Shown: one piece after another, positions 1 through 12,400 of the stretch
How positions within the stretch are numbered: position 1 is the first letter of the stretch
How the letters are laid out: each line of letters starts with the position of its first letter
Origin: Amoebophrya sp. A120
Taxonomy: Eukaryota; Protista; Dinoflagellata
Direction of reading: 5' to 3'
Length of the DNA stretch: 64,000 bases
Assembly (NCBI GenBank): GCA_905178155.1
Contig: CAJINV010000001.1
Coordinates: forward strand, 1,474,225 to 1,538,224
Position numbers and translations under genes: made by a program
The notes under the pieces: generated by a model
What the model saw: the letters and a program-made list of their open reading frames with translations, nothing else
Databases searched by the model: none
Told to the model about the DNA's origin: nothing

Positions 1-126
1 CACAAATTTCAAAACATCGCTAGAAAATGGAAATGCTTGCCATGGAGCTCCGTATGGGAGACATTTCTTACCATGCATATTTGTACGACAAGAAACTATG
101 GGGTGGGGACGTTTTTACATAGGAGA
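1..126. mobile_element. Introner family B, partial (right end only)
   Basis: Ends in the family-B TIR ggggtggggacgtttttacataggaga; the interior resembles the 29919 copy; coding sequence resumes immediately after it. Confidence 0.8.
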
Positions 127-1594
127 GGTGACGGTGTTTCCGCAGGACGTGTACCTCGTCCCGAAGGGGTACCACGGCCCCTGTGTCACGCCGCCGGGCT
201 ACAATTTGTACTACCTTAACGTGCTTTCCGGCCCCAACCCCGAACGCACCATGCAGTTTTGCTGGCACGTGGAGCAGCAGTGGCTCGTGCAAAACCAGTG
301 GCGCAACTTGGCGGGCGACCGGCGACTGCCGCTCTGTGCGAACGACGTCTGTCCCGAATTACATCGGGAGGTCGCGGTTTTCGCCCGTGGCGAGGCGGAG
401 ACAGGGGGCATCGAAGCTTTGAAAGAACAAAACTGCTCTACTTCCGCAATAGACGGAGCAAGAAATGGGAGCTCTTCGTTCAAGATTGTCGATTACACAG
501 CTGCATCCTCACTGCTTGTTGATCCGAGTAAAGGCCATGCCTCAAACAGCGCCTCACGATCCTCGTTGGCGACTAGGAGTAGCAGCACATTGCCAGCGGG
601 AGAGACGGAGCAAGTGGACACTGGGAGATCAGTATCCCCAATCCTCGCGTCGTTGGAGAATAAAGCCGCAAGTGTGATCGTGTTGTTTGACGATTTGATG
701 CCTGTGGTCCGCGAACTACAACAACCTCCAGAAGAGGAAAGACAAACTGTTTTATCCCGCTCGCTGGCGCTGCTCGCAGCGGATTTTGGGAAGCGGTCCA
801 TCGAGCTGGCGGATAGAAAAATACCGGTTATCGGGGTGTGGGAGGCTGAGTCGATGTTGACGCCGACGGGGGGCGGGAGCAATACTAGCAGTCTGCCGGT
901 CGCATCTTCAACATCCAGGTCGTTGTTGTTCACTCCTGGCGAGCAAATACCTACAAGCGCGCCGACGTTTCGCCTCGCGCTCGCAACTCTTGACCGCTTG
1001 TGGATTCTCCTCGGTACTACTAGTAGTAGTGCAGGAACCACGATGACGATAGAAAGCGCGAGCGAGGAGCAAATTCTGGTGGAGAAAGTCGTGGAGCAGC
1101 TGCTTGCACTGCTTGGAACAGCAAATGCGTCGAACTGCACCAGTACAACTTCTAGCAACTCCAGCTGCAAGAAAAGCGCGAGAAGTAGTAGTCGTGGCTT
1201 TCCGCAATTGGGTCAACACCAGCGCGTGCTCGTTTTCACGCCTTACCGAGTGCTGGACTTCTCCAAATTCGCGCAACGGGAAGTCCGTATTGCACCAATT
1301 TCGTCCTCTGCTGCAGGAGGTGTTGAAACTGTAACAACATCGACAAATCGAGATTTCGTAGGAACGAGTACTGCCGCAAGCGTCTGGACATCGCCGCTGA
1401 GTTTCCACCTTGCGGAACTCTCTGGCTGCGACTTGGAAGCCTGGGCAGCTGCCAGGACGAGCAGGGGACAGAGTAAGAACTCGGGGACGATTACAAAAAA
1501 CCATGTAGAAAATGAACAACCAACGACGACCTTCGGAAGTAGCGCAGGGAATAAAATAAACTCCACAGCACAACAAGCGTTGTCTCGATTGTGA
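127..1594 (+). CDS. 3' exon of an IolB/KduI-family (5-deoxy-glucuronate isomerase-like) protein with a long low-complexity C-terminal extension; 5' part lies outside the window
   Basis: VTVFPQDVYLVPKGYHGPCVTPPGYNLYYLNVLSGP closely matches the IolB C-terminal cupin motif (LVPxGxHGPxxxxPGYxxYYLNVxxGP); the frame is open to the stop at 1594. Confidence 0.75.
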
Positions 1595-2460
1595 TTCGGA
1601 AGATTCGGAATAGTTAAATACGAACGCGAGGGGTTCAACATTTGCTAGCGCGTGCGGTGGCTGTCCTCATTGCCCAGCTCTTGACGAAAGTACGTGAAAT
1701 GTGTATCAAAATTAGACCGTTGTACGTATGATCACTACTTCAACATCGAGTATTAAGTGGTCACTGCGACAACTTGACTGCATGGCTATGTGTAAGAAAG
1801 AGGTGCGGACGTTAAATACAGTCGCATTTATTTTCAAAACTACGTAGAAAAATTAACGCTAATCATATTTTTCTATGAGCATGTGCATATAGTATGGTGG
1901 TATCCTGTTCTTGAATGCGATCTTTTGTAGTTTCCCGACGAGAAGCATTTCTCTTCGTTCTGTATAATGATTAAACTGTACCCGAAATGCTTGTTTCCAA
2001 GTAAGTACCGTAAAAAAAGGTGACATTGCGCTTCGGCCTACGCCAAGCTGCAAGCAAGATTTTGATTGTGCTGCACCTGGCAGGGACACTAAAGTGCAAA
2101 ACCCGCCTGAATGATGGTATAGAAATTCAGTTATTCTGGCAAATTGCCCTGTTGTTCTTCTCCCCGGCAAAATTCAGAAAACTGGTCTAGCTAGTATTTG
2201 GCCGCGACAGTCGTGCCACTAGCACGTAGTGAAGATCTGTGAAATCATCTCACATTTTGTTTCATCCATTGGTTCCCACTTCCTTTCATCGAGCTTGTGC
2301 TCAACACTGGCGACAGATTGAAGATCTCGTTGTCACTGAAGATCCTTGATATAATGCGTCGTCCGATTATCTTATAGCAGCAGCGCGAAGGCTAAGGTTT
2401 TCCTCTCCACGCGGAAACTTGTCTGAAAATTCAAACTCAATCAATGTGGCAGGGCAGAAG

Positions 2461-2499
2461 GCGAAGCCGGGAGGCGAAGCCGGGAGGCGAAGCCGGGAG
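2461..2499. repeat. 13-bp tandem repeat x3 (gcgaagccgggag)
   Basis: Read directly from the sequence. Confidence 0.9.
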
Positions 2500-3434
2500 G
2501 CTCATTAGCATGTTTATTATTGCTTTAAACTTCACTCTAAAACTAAATTAGGCATTCCATCAAAGCGCGTTCCGTGTCTTACTCTTAGAAGGGATTGCTT
2601 CTGGTTGATAGGCACAGAAAGAAAGAAATCTGGTTTTTGTGGAAGGTTCATTTTTCATTTAGTGGCTTCGTTTAAATGTTTTCCGACATCTTGACCACTA
2701 ATTTTCTTTGTTTTACTAGAGCCTTTCAATTCAAGACCAATGATAGAGAGCCACAATATTTGGTATTCGGGCAGATATATTGAGAAACTGAAAATAGCCT
2801 AAAGATCTTTATCTTTTTTATGATTTCTGCATGCCTTTTTGCGCTTTGGATTTTGAACGAAAGTTTTTTTTGTCCGTTAGTGTCGGAATTGATTCGAATT
2901 TTGGCGAGCTACGAAATAGTATAGAATTTTGTGGTGTTGATGCTTTTTCTTAGCAGACGCAATGGATACAAGATAGATGAAATAGAAAGGTATCATAGCT
3001 TTGGTAGAAAAAATACGAAAAAGATGTGTTGCGCAAAATTTTTCTGATTGCTACTGCGGCGCACGAAATTCAGATTGTTGACGTTGTCGTTTGGAGGTCC
3101 TCGGATTGCAGCTGCCGTCGTCCTTTGGAACAGCTTTGTTCGCAAGGACCACGCGCCGTTTGTTTATTGAGCAGGTATCATTTGAATTTCTTCGGTTTCT
3201 GGGTTGCTTTTCTGATGCCGAGGAATCTTCAAGATGACACCGTTTCTTTTTGAAAACTTCAAAATCTAAATCTGATGTTCTTACTTGCGCAGGTTGTGCT
3301 GCTGTTGTGAAGCTGATCAACTACATAAAAGAGTAGATGGTGTTGTACTACAAACAGCACGAAATCGAACGGAGGACCGTTTTTTGGCTGGAAAATAAAT
3401 CGGTATCCACTTAATTACTTTCGTCTCGGGAAAT

Positions 3435-6400
3435 ATGAACTCCAACGCGCCTGTTGAGAACAGATACAGAGGCGCGTATGAACCTCGTCAAGGGATGTTG
3501 ACCACGACGAGTAACACCACGAAGGGAGGTGGCGGCGGGCCCAGTAAGGGACAGGGAGGTTCTTGCGATGGGCCCACCTCGTCGGCGTCGTACTATGGTG
3601 CGGCTGGAGCGGGTAAAAATACTTCTTCCAAAGGAGGCAGCTGCAACGAGGGTGCGGCAACGACTTTTGCGCACCAAGAACATCAACCAGAAATGTACCA
3701 TGAACGTGGCCGTAACCCGATGCCGCAGAAGGAGCAGCAGCAGCACTACCGGTCGGCACATAAAGAACAGCATCATCAAAATCAATACCCAACAACATCT
3801 TCTGCCACGCACCACAACGCCCAGCAGCAGGAGTGGTCCTCTTCACGCGGTAAAACCTACAACCCAAAGGCCGCTCCTGGCGGTCCTGCGGGCTACAATG
3901 ATCGTCCGCATCCACACGGGCAGCCAAAAGTAGAACAGGTCGTGCACGGAGGCGGCACCAAACAGTACGCGACGCGGGGGGATGCGCGAACCTACCAAAC
4001 CAGCACACCGCATCAATCTTCGCAGCACGTTGGTGAAAATAATAAAGCCTTCGGAAATAATAAAGTTGCAACATCTACTTCTACTCACCAGCAGAATACT
4101 AGCAACAATCGCCGTTCCGGTGGCGGTTTTAATACGACATCTGTGGGACCGGGCCACGGAAACTTTTACGGTAATAATCCTAGAGACTCAAGAACATCTA
4201 CCACTGCTCCTCCCAACGTCACCAGTGCTGATGGCGCGCCGGCGCAAAAAGCTGCCGAGGGCGGTTGGCGCGATATTAAAACCGGGCAACATCAAATGGA
4301 AAATCAAAATCAGTCCCGCGGTGGCAGAAATAATTTCCACGGGGGAAATAACCAGCACAGCAGGACAAGCAATTTTCAACAACATCAGCGTAGTCAACAA
4401 CAGCAGCAGTTTAATAACAGTCATCACGGAAGAACAAACGCACAAATGAGCCACAATCACCAGACTGATCGCAAAAATTTTAACACCTCCAGTAACAAGT
4501 CAACGAACTGGCGCGCTGAAGAACGGCGGGAAAGAACTTCTAATTCCGTATCAAAAGGACAAATCCCCCCTCCCCGTATCAAAACGAAACTTCTGATGCT
4601 GGATTTGAATACACAAATCAAGTCTTTGTTGCAGTAAAGGACTGCACGCAGATCGTAAGCTTAGGCAGGGGCCTTTTGGTGTAGGCACCTAGCATGGTCG
4701 ACGGCTGCCCTGTAGCCCTTACAGCATTACAAACCGCCTGCATAACGTGGCGGACAGCCTGCACTTGCCTTCTTGCAAGACAGACGCGATCTGTGGCCAC
4801 AAATCTGCGTCACAAATTTTCAGACGGATGCGTATCCAATATGGGGAGGGGGGATCTTTCCTTGCAATATTTCGGGGCCGGCACGTCGAAATACCCACGA
4901 TCTTCGGATGAAGAGTACTTCTACGCCTCTGCCAACCACCTCCCTGCTGGCACATCAAGAGGACCACGCGGAGCAGGTGCGCCGTCGTCCGCGTCGCACT
5001 ATGTATCAAGCACTTCTAATCGCACCATCACGGGCGGCGGGACGGGTCAAGCTCACGCTCAAAGTCATCACCAGCAAGGCAGTAGTTATCACAACTTGGA
5101 TTTCGAACAGGACGAGCGGGAGAACTTTTTCCGTGTGGACCGGAACTTCGTGCCCGCGCAGCTCGATGGGTACGCGAACATCTGGTCCGACGGTCTGGAT
5201 GCCAGGGTGTTCCCGAGTTCCACGGTCCTATTCGCGGACTACAACTCGCGGCCGTATACCGGTGTGGAACACCGGGCCTCGGAGGTGGAGGTGGAGCGAT
5301 TTCAGGGGCGGGACGAGATGAGCGAAGAGCATCAACATGAACTTTTACGACCCGATAATGTTGAAGGCGAGAATTATATAGCTGGTCGTCCTCCTACAAC
5401 AGCTGCCTACACTAACGCCCTTGATCATGAGCTGTATTACGACCAGAACTTCGAGAAAAGCGCTCGGGTCGCGGAGGCCGACCGGCGGGCTGCTTTGCTG
5501 CGGAGACAGGAACAACCACGAGGGCAAGACAACTACAAGTACCCCGGGACGAGGGAGCTGCAAGGACAAGACAACTACAAGCAACAACAGGGAACTCTCG
5601 AAGGTCGACCAGGCAGCAAGCCTGGATCTAGTAGTACCGCTTCTGGACCACGTGACGATACGCAGCGAGGTGGACCTCAATATTATGACGACCTGGATGA
5701 AAATAAATTGCGAGATGTTGTGGAAAACCTTCACGCGGCCATCACGAGTCGCACTGTGAGTCGCGGCAGTGCCGGAGCGTTGGGTGTGCAGGGTCGTGTA
5801 TTTGATCATGCAGGTGGTAGTTCTTACAACAGGGGCACCGGCAGCTACAGTACAACTAGAACGAGCCACCAGGTGCAACATGATCAGCGTCCGCCAGGTT
5901 CTTATTCGTCCTCGTCGTCTGCCGCACGGTCTCTGGACCCCACCAGCGAACTGCGGAGGCTGCTGGAGGAGGCGAGTTACCAAGTGCAAAAATGTCTGGG
6001 TCTGGAAGGTGGTAACTTGTGATGCTGTCTTTGGATTCCAAGAAAATCTGTATTGCATGACCAGCAAGAGGACTCCAGTTTGTGCTACGCGGAGAGGGCA
6101 TTTCTCATGCGGTAGAGGCATCGCAAAGCCCTCTAAAAATCTGTCATGCTAGAAGAGCATGCATCACAGACATCATGGGCCATTCAAAATATGCATGACA
6201 AACCTGGCAATCTTTCAGACCCAGACATTTTTGCAGTTCATACGAGTTACGGCCTGCTGCAGAATTACCGCACGGAATCCGACCGGCGGCGCGAGTATCA
6301 AATGCAAAAATGTCCGGGTCTGGAAGAGTCGGGACTTGTCATGCACATTTTGCATGACCCGTAAGGTCTGTGATGCTGGTGCTAGCATCACAGATTTTTT

Positions 6401-9400
6401 GAGAGCTTCTCGATGCTAATTACGCATGAGAAATGCCCTCTCCACGTGCCAAGAACTGACTCCTCTTGCTGCTCATGCAACACAGATATTTTTAGAATCC
6501 GCAGACAGCATTACATCCAGACTCAGACATTTTTACATTTGATAGCGAGGAGCAGCGGGCAAATCTGGCGAACTTCGGGCGCGCCGCGGGGCGGGAGGGG
6601 ATTTTGCGGGACGGCGCCTTCGAATACATCATGGACACGGACCTGGTCGGCGAGCAGAGAAGCGTGCACGAGTATGCTGAGTAAAAACGTCCCCACCCCA
6701 GAGTTGTCATGCAAGTCTGCATGCCAAAGAAGTTTCCTATGCGGAGCCCCATGAGAAGCATTTTCTAGTCGTGTTTTGGAGTTTGTGATGCTAGAATCAG
6801 CATGATGTGCTAGATCTGTGATGCTGCTGAACTAGCGAAACAGGATCACACTATGAGGGCAAACTTGTCATGCCAAACAGCGAAAGCTGGTTGATTTGTC
6901 TAGCACATTTCCCATCTTGACTCTGGTGCGGGGACGTTTTTACTCAGGATGACGCGCCGCAGATCTCCCGGACCATCGCCCGGTTTGCCGAGGCGGCGCA
7001 CGACTCCTTCGGGAATTGGCAGCACAGCGACCACCGGGAAAATTTCTACGCCGAGAACCAGCAGCAAACCCTGCAGCACCGCGAGTTCCCACACTCCACG
7101 AGGCTTCCAAGGCCCGAGTACCTCCCGCCGCCGCCGCCCGGGGATCATTATGCTGCACCAGGAACTTCTTCAACTTCATCTACTTCTGTGGAGAAAATTA
7201 TAACCTCCGACGGGGACCACGGTTGTACCCCTGCGTCCGCTGTGACAGGCTTTCCACAGTACGACGGACCGAAGTTTTTCGACGACCCGCCCACGAATGG
7301 TAAAATAACGACCCCGCCGGGTGCAGCAGGGGACGAATCACGTGTCGTCCCGGCGTCGTCCGACGAGGAGAGAATCGCTGGTGGTGCGCATCTTCGTGGT
7401 ACAGCAAAAGCTCCTGGTGCTCCGTTTCAGCCACAGGCAAGAGCAGGAGTTGCCGGTGTGGCAGACGTGGCGGCGACGCACCGGCAAGATGATTCAGCTG
7501 CTCGCGAGTTGATGTACAACCACGCCGCGGGCGAAGGAGGTGCCCCTCCAGCACGGGTTGTTCGGGCCACTCCCGCGAACCATTCGACATCGCTCGGGAG
7601 CAAAGGCGGCGTGTACAATTACAACGGGACCACGAGCGCGTCGTCCGCCAGCCGCCCCTCGCCCGCCCCGCGCACGCGCGTTGGTGGAAGCTCGTTGGGT
7701 ACGTGGCGCAGCAGCGGGCGGAGCGAGATGTCCACGGAGTCCGAGAACGAGGGGGAGGGGCCGGAGGAACTGCATCAGCAGCTTGGCGAGGACTTCTGGC
7801 TCGCCGGGATCCGCGGCACCTACGAGTCCAACGCCGCGGACTACTGGGCGGACCTGGGCCCCGTGTGGCAGCCGGACGCGGTTGGGTTCCCCGAGACCAC
7901 GAACAGCAGGCGTGGCGGCCGTGGTGGGACGAACCAGCAGGGAGGGTCTCGTCCGGGAAGCTACAACAGCACGATGACCAGCGGTGGTGGTGCAGGAGGA
8001 CTGAGTAGAGAGACTGCTGGAGGTGCGAGTGCGACTACGTCCAGAATGCCGCCCATGCACGAGCACGAGGAAGACCACTACTTGCGCGACGAGTTCCAGG
8101 AGGGGCACGATGGACGAGAAGCTGAAGTTTACGGGAGGACAACGACGTCGAGAGGGAGCAAAACTACAACTTCTGCTACAAATAACCGGGCGGGAATAGA
8201 CTACAGTGGTACAACTAGCCCAGCTCCGCAACAAGAAGGAGCTCGAGTTGATGACGAGACAGACATGATCGGAGTAGAACTACACCAGGGCACCAAGATG
8301 AAATTAGGTTCTACTTCCTCGCTGGACGACTCGTCCGCCCACAACAATTCCGTCCGGTCGGATTACACGTACTACGCCAATTTTGGCGACGAGATGCGCG
8401 AGGTACGCGCGTTGCGGATTCAGAGCTCGGCGGCGCGGAGGGACTTGCGGGACGAGCAGATGACGAAGATTTTGGAGCGCTGCAAGGTGCTGCACGGGCA
8501 CTTTTACAAGCTTCCCATCGAATTTACCTACAAACCCCGGCCCGACTGGACATCAGCCGCGTCTAAAGCGGGAGCAGCAGCTCCAGGGGCTAGTACTTCT
8601 TCGATGACGGCCCAAAACGAGTCGCAACGGTTGTTCAAGCGGCGGTTGCTGCTCGCCAGGGAATTCAGTTCCGAGCTGGTGCGAATTCTGGGTTACCTTT
8701 CTTCCACACTGATATGCAAGAAAAAAACTGTGTAAGTGTAAATTTGTGTTGCAGAAGATGCAACAGAGTTACACACGTCATGCCAGACAGCCATGAAGTC
8801 CTATTTTCATTTGTGTTTTCCCTTACAAACCATGCATGACAGGTTTTCTCTGTGGTCATGTAGAGCAAATTTGTGATGTTGTTCCTCAAAGAAAGTTACA
8901 CTTACACACTTTTTTTCCTGGATAACTGAGTGCCCGCGTGCAGCGGTGCCGCCGCGCCTCGCGGGCCCCGCCGTCGCCCTCGGAAACACCGGCTGCTGCT
9001 GGGAAAAAGGCGAACAAGCAAGCAGGCATTGGTGCCGGTGGTGTCTCTCTACTAGGGAAGAACACTAGTGTGGGTGCCGCGACCGGGATCAACATCAATT
9101 CGGGTAGTGGTATGTAGTGAGGTCACCGAACGGTTCTAACCAGGGAGTTTTTTTGACACCTACCGTGAAAAACGACCGGAAGTTTTCAAGCGGCCGAAGG
9201 CGTTTTTTGACATAAAAAGTTTCCAATTATCAAGCGGCCGGGGCTTTGATATCAAACAAGCCCGGTCGAAAACTATCGATTCGCACTTGATAAAACGACG
9301 CAGGGGAGCCGGCAAAAGGGGCGCCCTTCTGAGGCGCCCACCGCCTTAGTTTCTGGCGATTTGGGGCTCCCAAAAAGGGGCGCGCAAAAAACGCGCCCAA

Positions 9401-12400
9401 AGTCAGAACAGCGAAACAGCATGGCACGGCCGCGATTTCGGAGCATTTTGGGCGGCCGCGAAAGCGGCCGCCTTTTCGCCGGTTTCAGAGCCTGGGAAGC
9501 TTTGCAAAAAGCGCCGGCGTGAAAAATAAAAACGCGAAAAAGAAAAAGCGACACAGACGCGCAAAGCCAATCCGCATGCTATGGGCCCGATTTCCCTTCG
9601 CTTTTTGGGCGCCCCCCGTGGCACCCGGATCGGCTCCATAGCATGGGAGCTGGCTTTCGGAAAGGAATTTCGGAGATGTGCTAAAATTCGCGACGTTTAT
9701 CGAGCGGCCGCCATACCGTGCGGCCTAACGTTACTCACGGCGGTATGGCGAGCCAAGAAAAAGCAAAGTCGCGGCCAAGGCGACGGTCGGCCGGCATGCA
9801 AGAAAACGCCCACGACCTCACTACCTCCGCCCCGGCGGCTATATTTGGTACTTCCGCCGTAACTGGAGCCCCTTTTGCGAATAACACATCCCCCTACGCA
9901 CTGTCTTGGCTGGCCTGCTTGCAGCTGTTCATCTCTAGTGGGGCGGAATATCTGGCGCCGACGTCCACGGTAGAGCGGGACGCGGTCAAGCTGTGCTCGC
10001 TCGAGGAGTGGATCTATGCGGAGCCTATCAAATGTAAAAATGTCTGGGTCTGGAAGAATGCAACTTGTGATGCTAACTTTGGATTCTAAAAAAATCTGTA
10101 TTGCATGACCAGCAAGAGGCGCCCAGTTTGTGCTACGCGGGGAGGGCATTTGTCATGCGGGATAGGCATCAGGAAGGCCTGTAGAAATATATGATGCTAG
10201 ATCATGCATTACAGACATCCTGAGTCATGCAAAATATGCATGACAAACCTGGTAACCTTTCAGACCCAGACATTTTTACATTTGATAGAGCCCTCGCAGG
10301 TACTACAGACAGTCGGGGTCTGAAGACCACTCTGGTTTTCATCGTGTGCAAAATAAAACAGGCTAAAGCAACATATGGCTCTACTTGGAATGCTTTTTGA
10401 AGATGTCGCTACTTTTCAGTCCTCTTATACGGTGGTAATCTATCAGGATGTTGATCACGACACATCAATACGAGTAAAGCTAAAGTGCCTTTATTTTCTG
10501 TATTCAAAGCAAAAGGTGTTCCGCGTTCCGCATTTCGTCCTGGCGCAGCTCCGCGGAGACGCGCAGCGCGTGCGCGTGAAGGCGTTGCAGGTGCTGGAGC
10601 AGATGAGTATTCTGTACCCGAAGGTGTTTTTTGGGCGTTGGTCTCTGGTCCTGGATTTTCCCGGCTTCCATGTGATCCGGCGGTACACGGACGACTTTGG
10701 GTATCAAATGCAAAAATGTCTGGGTCTGGAAGGTCGGAACTTGTGATGCTGTCTCTGGATTCTAAAAAAATTTGTATTGCATGACCAGCAAGAGGATTCC
10801 ATTTTGTGCTACGCGGAGAGCGCATTTCTCATGCGGTAGAGGTATCACAAAGCCCTCTAAAAATCTGTGATGCTACGGCATGCATCACAGACATCATGGC
10901 TCATGGAAAAAATGCATGACAAATGTCGAAATCTTCCAGACCCAGACATTTTTGCATTTGATATTGGTGAGTCCGCGCTTATGTCCGAAAGTACCCCGTG
11001 CAGCACCACCACAAATAAAGACCTGCAAGGAGGTGGTTCCTCCTGTAGAGCTGTTCAAAGCTTGTCGTTCAACACAGCAGGAGGACCTGGTGCAGCCGCA
11101 GGAGCTCAACATCAGAAGGTGGACGTCGTCTTAGGAACAACTACCAATACGACCACCACCGGCGTGGTCAACATGATGAAACCGAAGCGACGGCTGATCC
11201 ACCGAGTGTTTCCTTTTTTACTGAACAATTCCTCCCCGAACGAGGACAGTAACGCCGCTCCCCCCCGGCTCTCCGCGCTGCTCGCCGTGGCGCTCTTCGA
11301 CGAGGTGCCCTACTGTCGCCAGGTCGCGCTGAACATCGTCGTCCAGCTCCTCACTGTGCCCGAGATGAAAAGCTTTCCGCTGCCGCTCGAAAACCTCCAA
11401 AATGACCGCTTTTACAGCTGTCTCCGCGTCGTGCAGGATCTGGACAAGCAGAATCTTGCGCCCGCCGAGAATAAAGACAAAGACGCGGGGGCAAACATCA
11501 TCGACGAAGAAGCGGAAGCGGGCTTTGGAAGTGCCACTTCTCCTGGCAAGCCGGGGGCGACGGGGGCCACGCAAGAGTTGATGACCGTGCAGAAGAGGAC
11601 GGCCCAAGTGGTATTTGTTATATTAGCACTGTTTTATTCGCATTGCGTCAATGGTAGGAGGATCCTGTTGTTGAGTGTGAAGATGTCGATCTACTTGCTT
11701 GCGATTGATGCGCTTCGATCACCAGTTTCATCTCCACCACACGAGCTCTCTTCTGCATGTTGCTCACACGACGGGGCCACGTATAAGGACGTTGTTGTGG
11801 TCCTCACAACAGGTCAAGGGTTATTTTCTTTTTCGTGTCCAGCAATAAATTTAAATTTAAATAGGGCAAATATCAGCAAGGAATAAGTTCTGGACCTGAT
11901 GTTGAGAATACAATCACCCAATTTATTCCTTGTCCACAGGGCGTTTCTTCGAGCTTCGGCTCCGCGAACAGCAGTATGACGGAGCAGCTCGCGTTGGACG
12001 TCCGGCTGGCGCACATGGTGATGTTTACCCACCTAAATGAACCGCACAACGTGGACATTGCGCTCCACGCCCTGTCTCAAGTGGTTTCCTGCATGCCCTA
12101 CACGAAGTTCCGCGCGGGACTGCTGGGCAACCTGGTGATGCACCTGGGCCCGCAGATCGCGAACTTGTCCGTGGCAGCGAACACGCACCGCGCCCGGCGG
12201 CTGCACTGGCTGGTCAGCATTTTCAGCCAGATGCTGCGCTTCAAAAACAGTGACAGCAGCCACGCAAAGGAAATTGCCTGTGCCTTGGTGCAGCGCATCC
12301 GGATCAGGTCGACCACCGCGAATCAACATCATGCTGGTGGGAGACCGCCTTTTGGTTCGAATTTGACGGACAGCAAGGCAACTTCTACAGCCAAGTGGCC

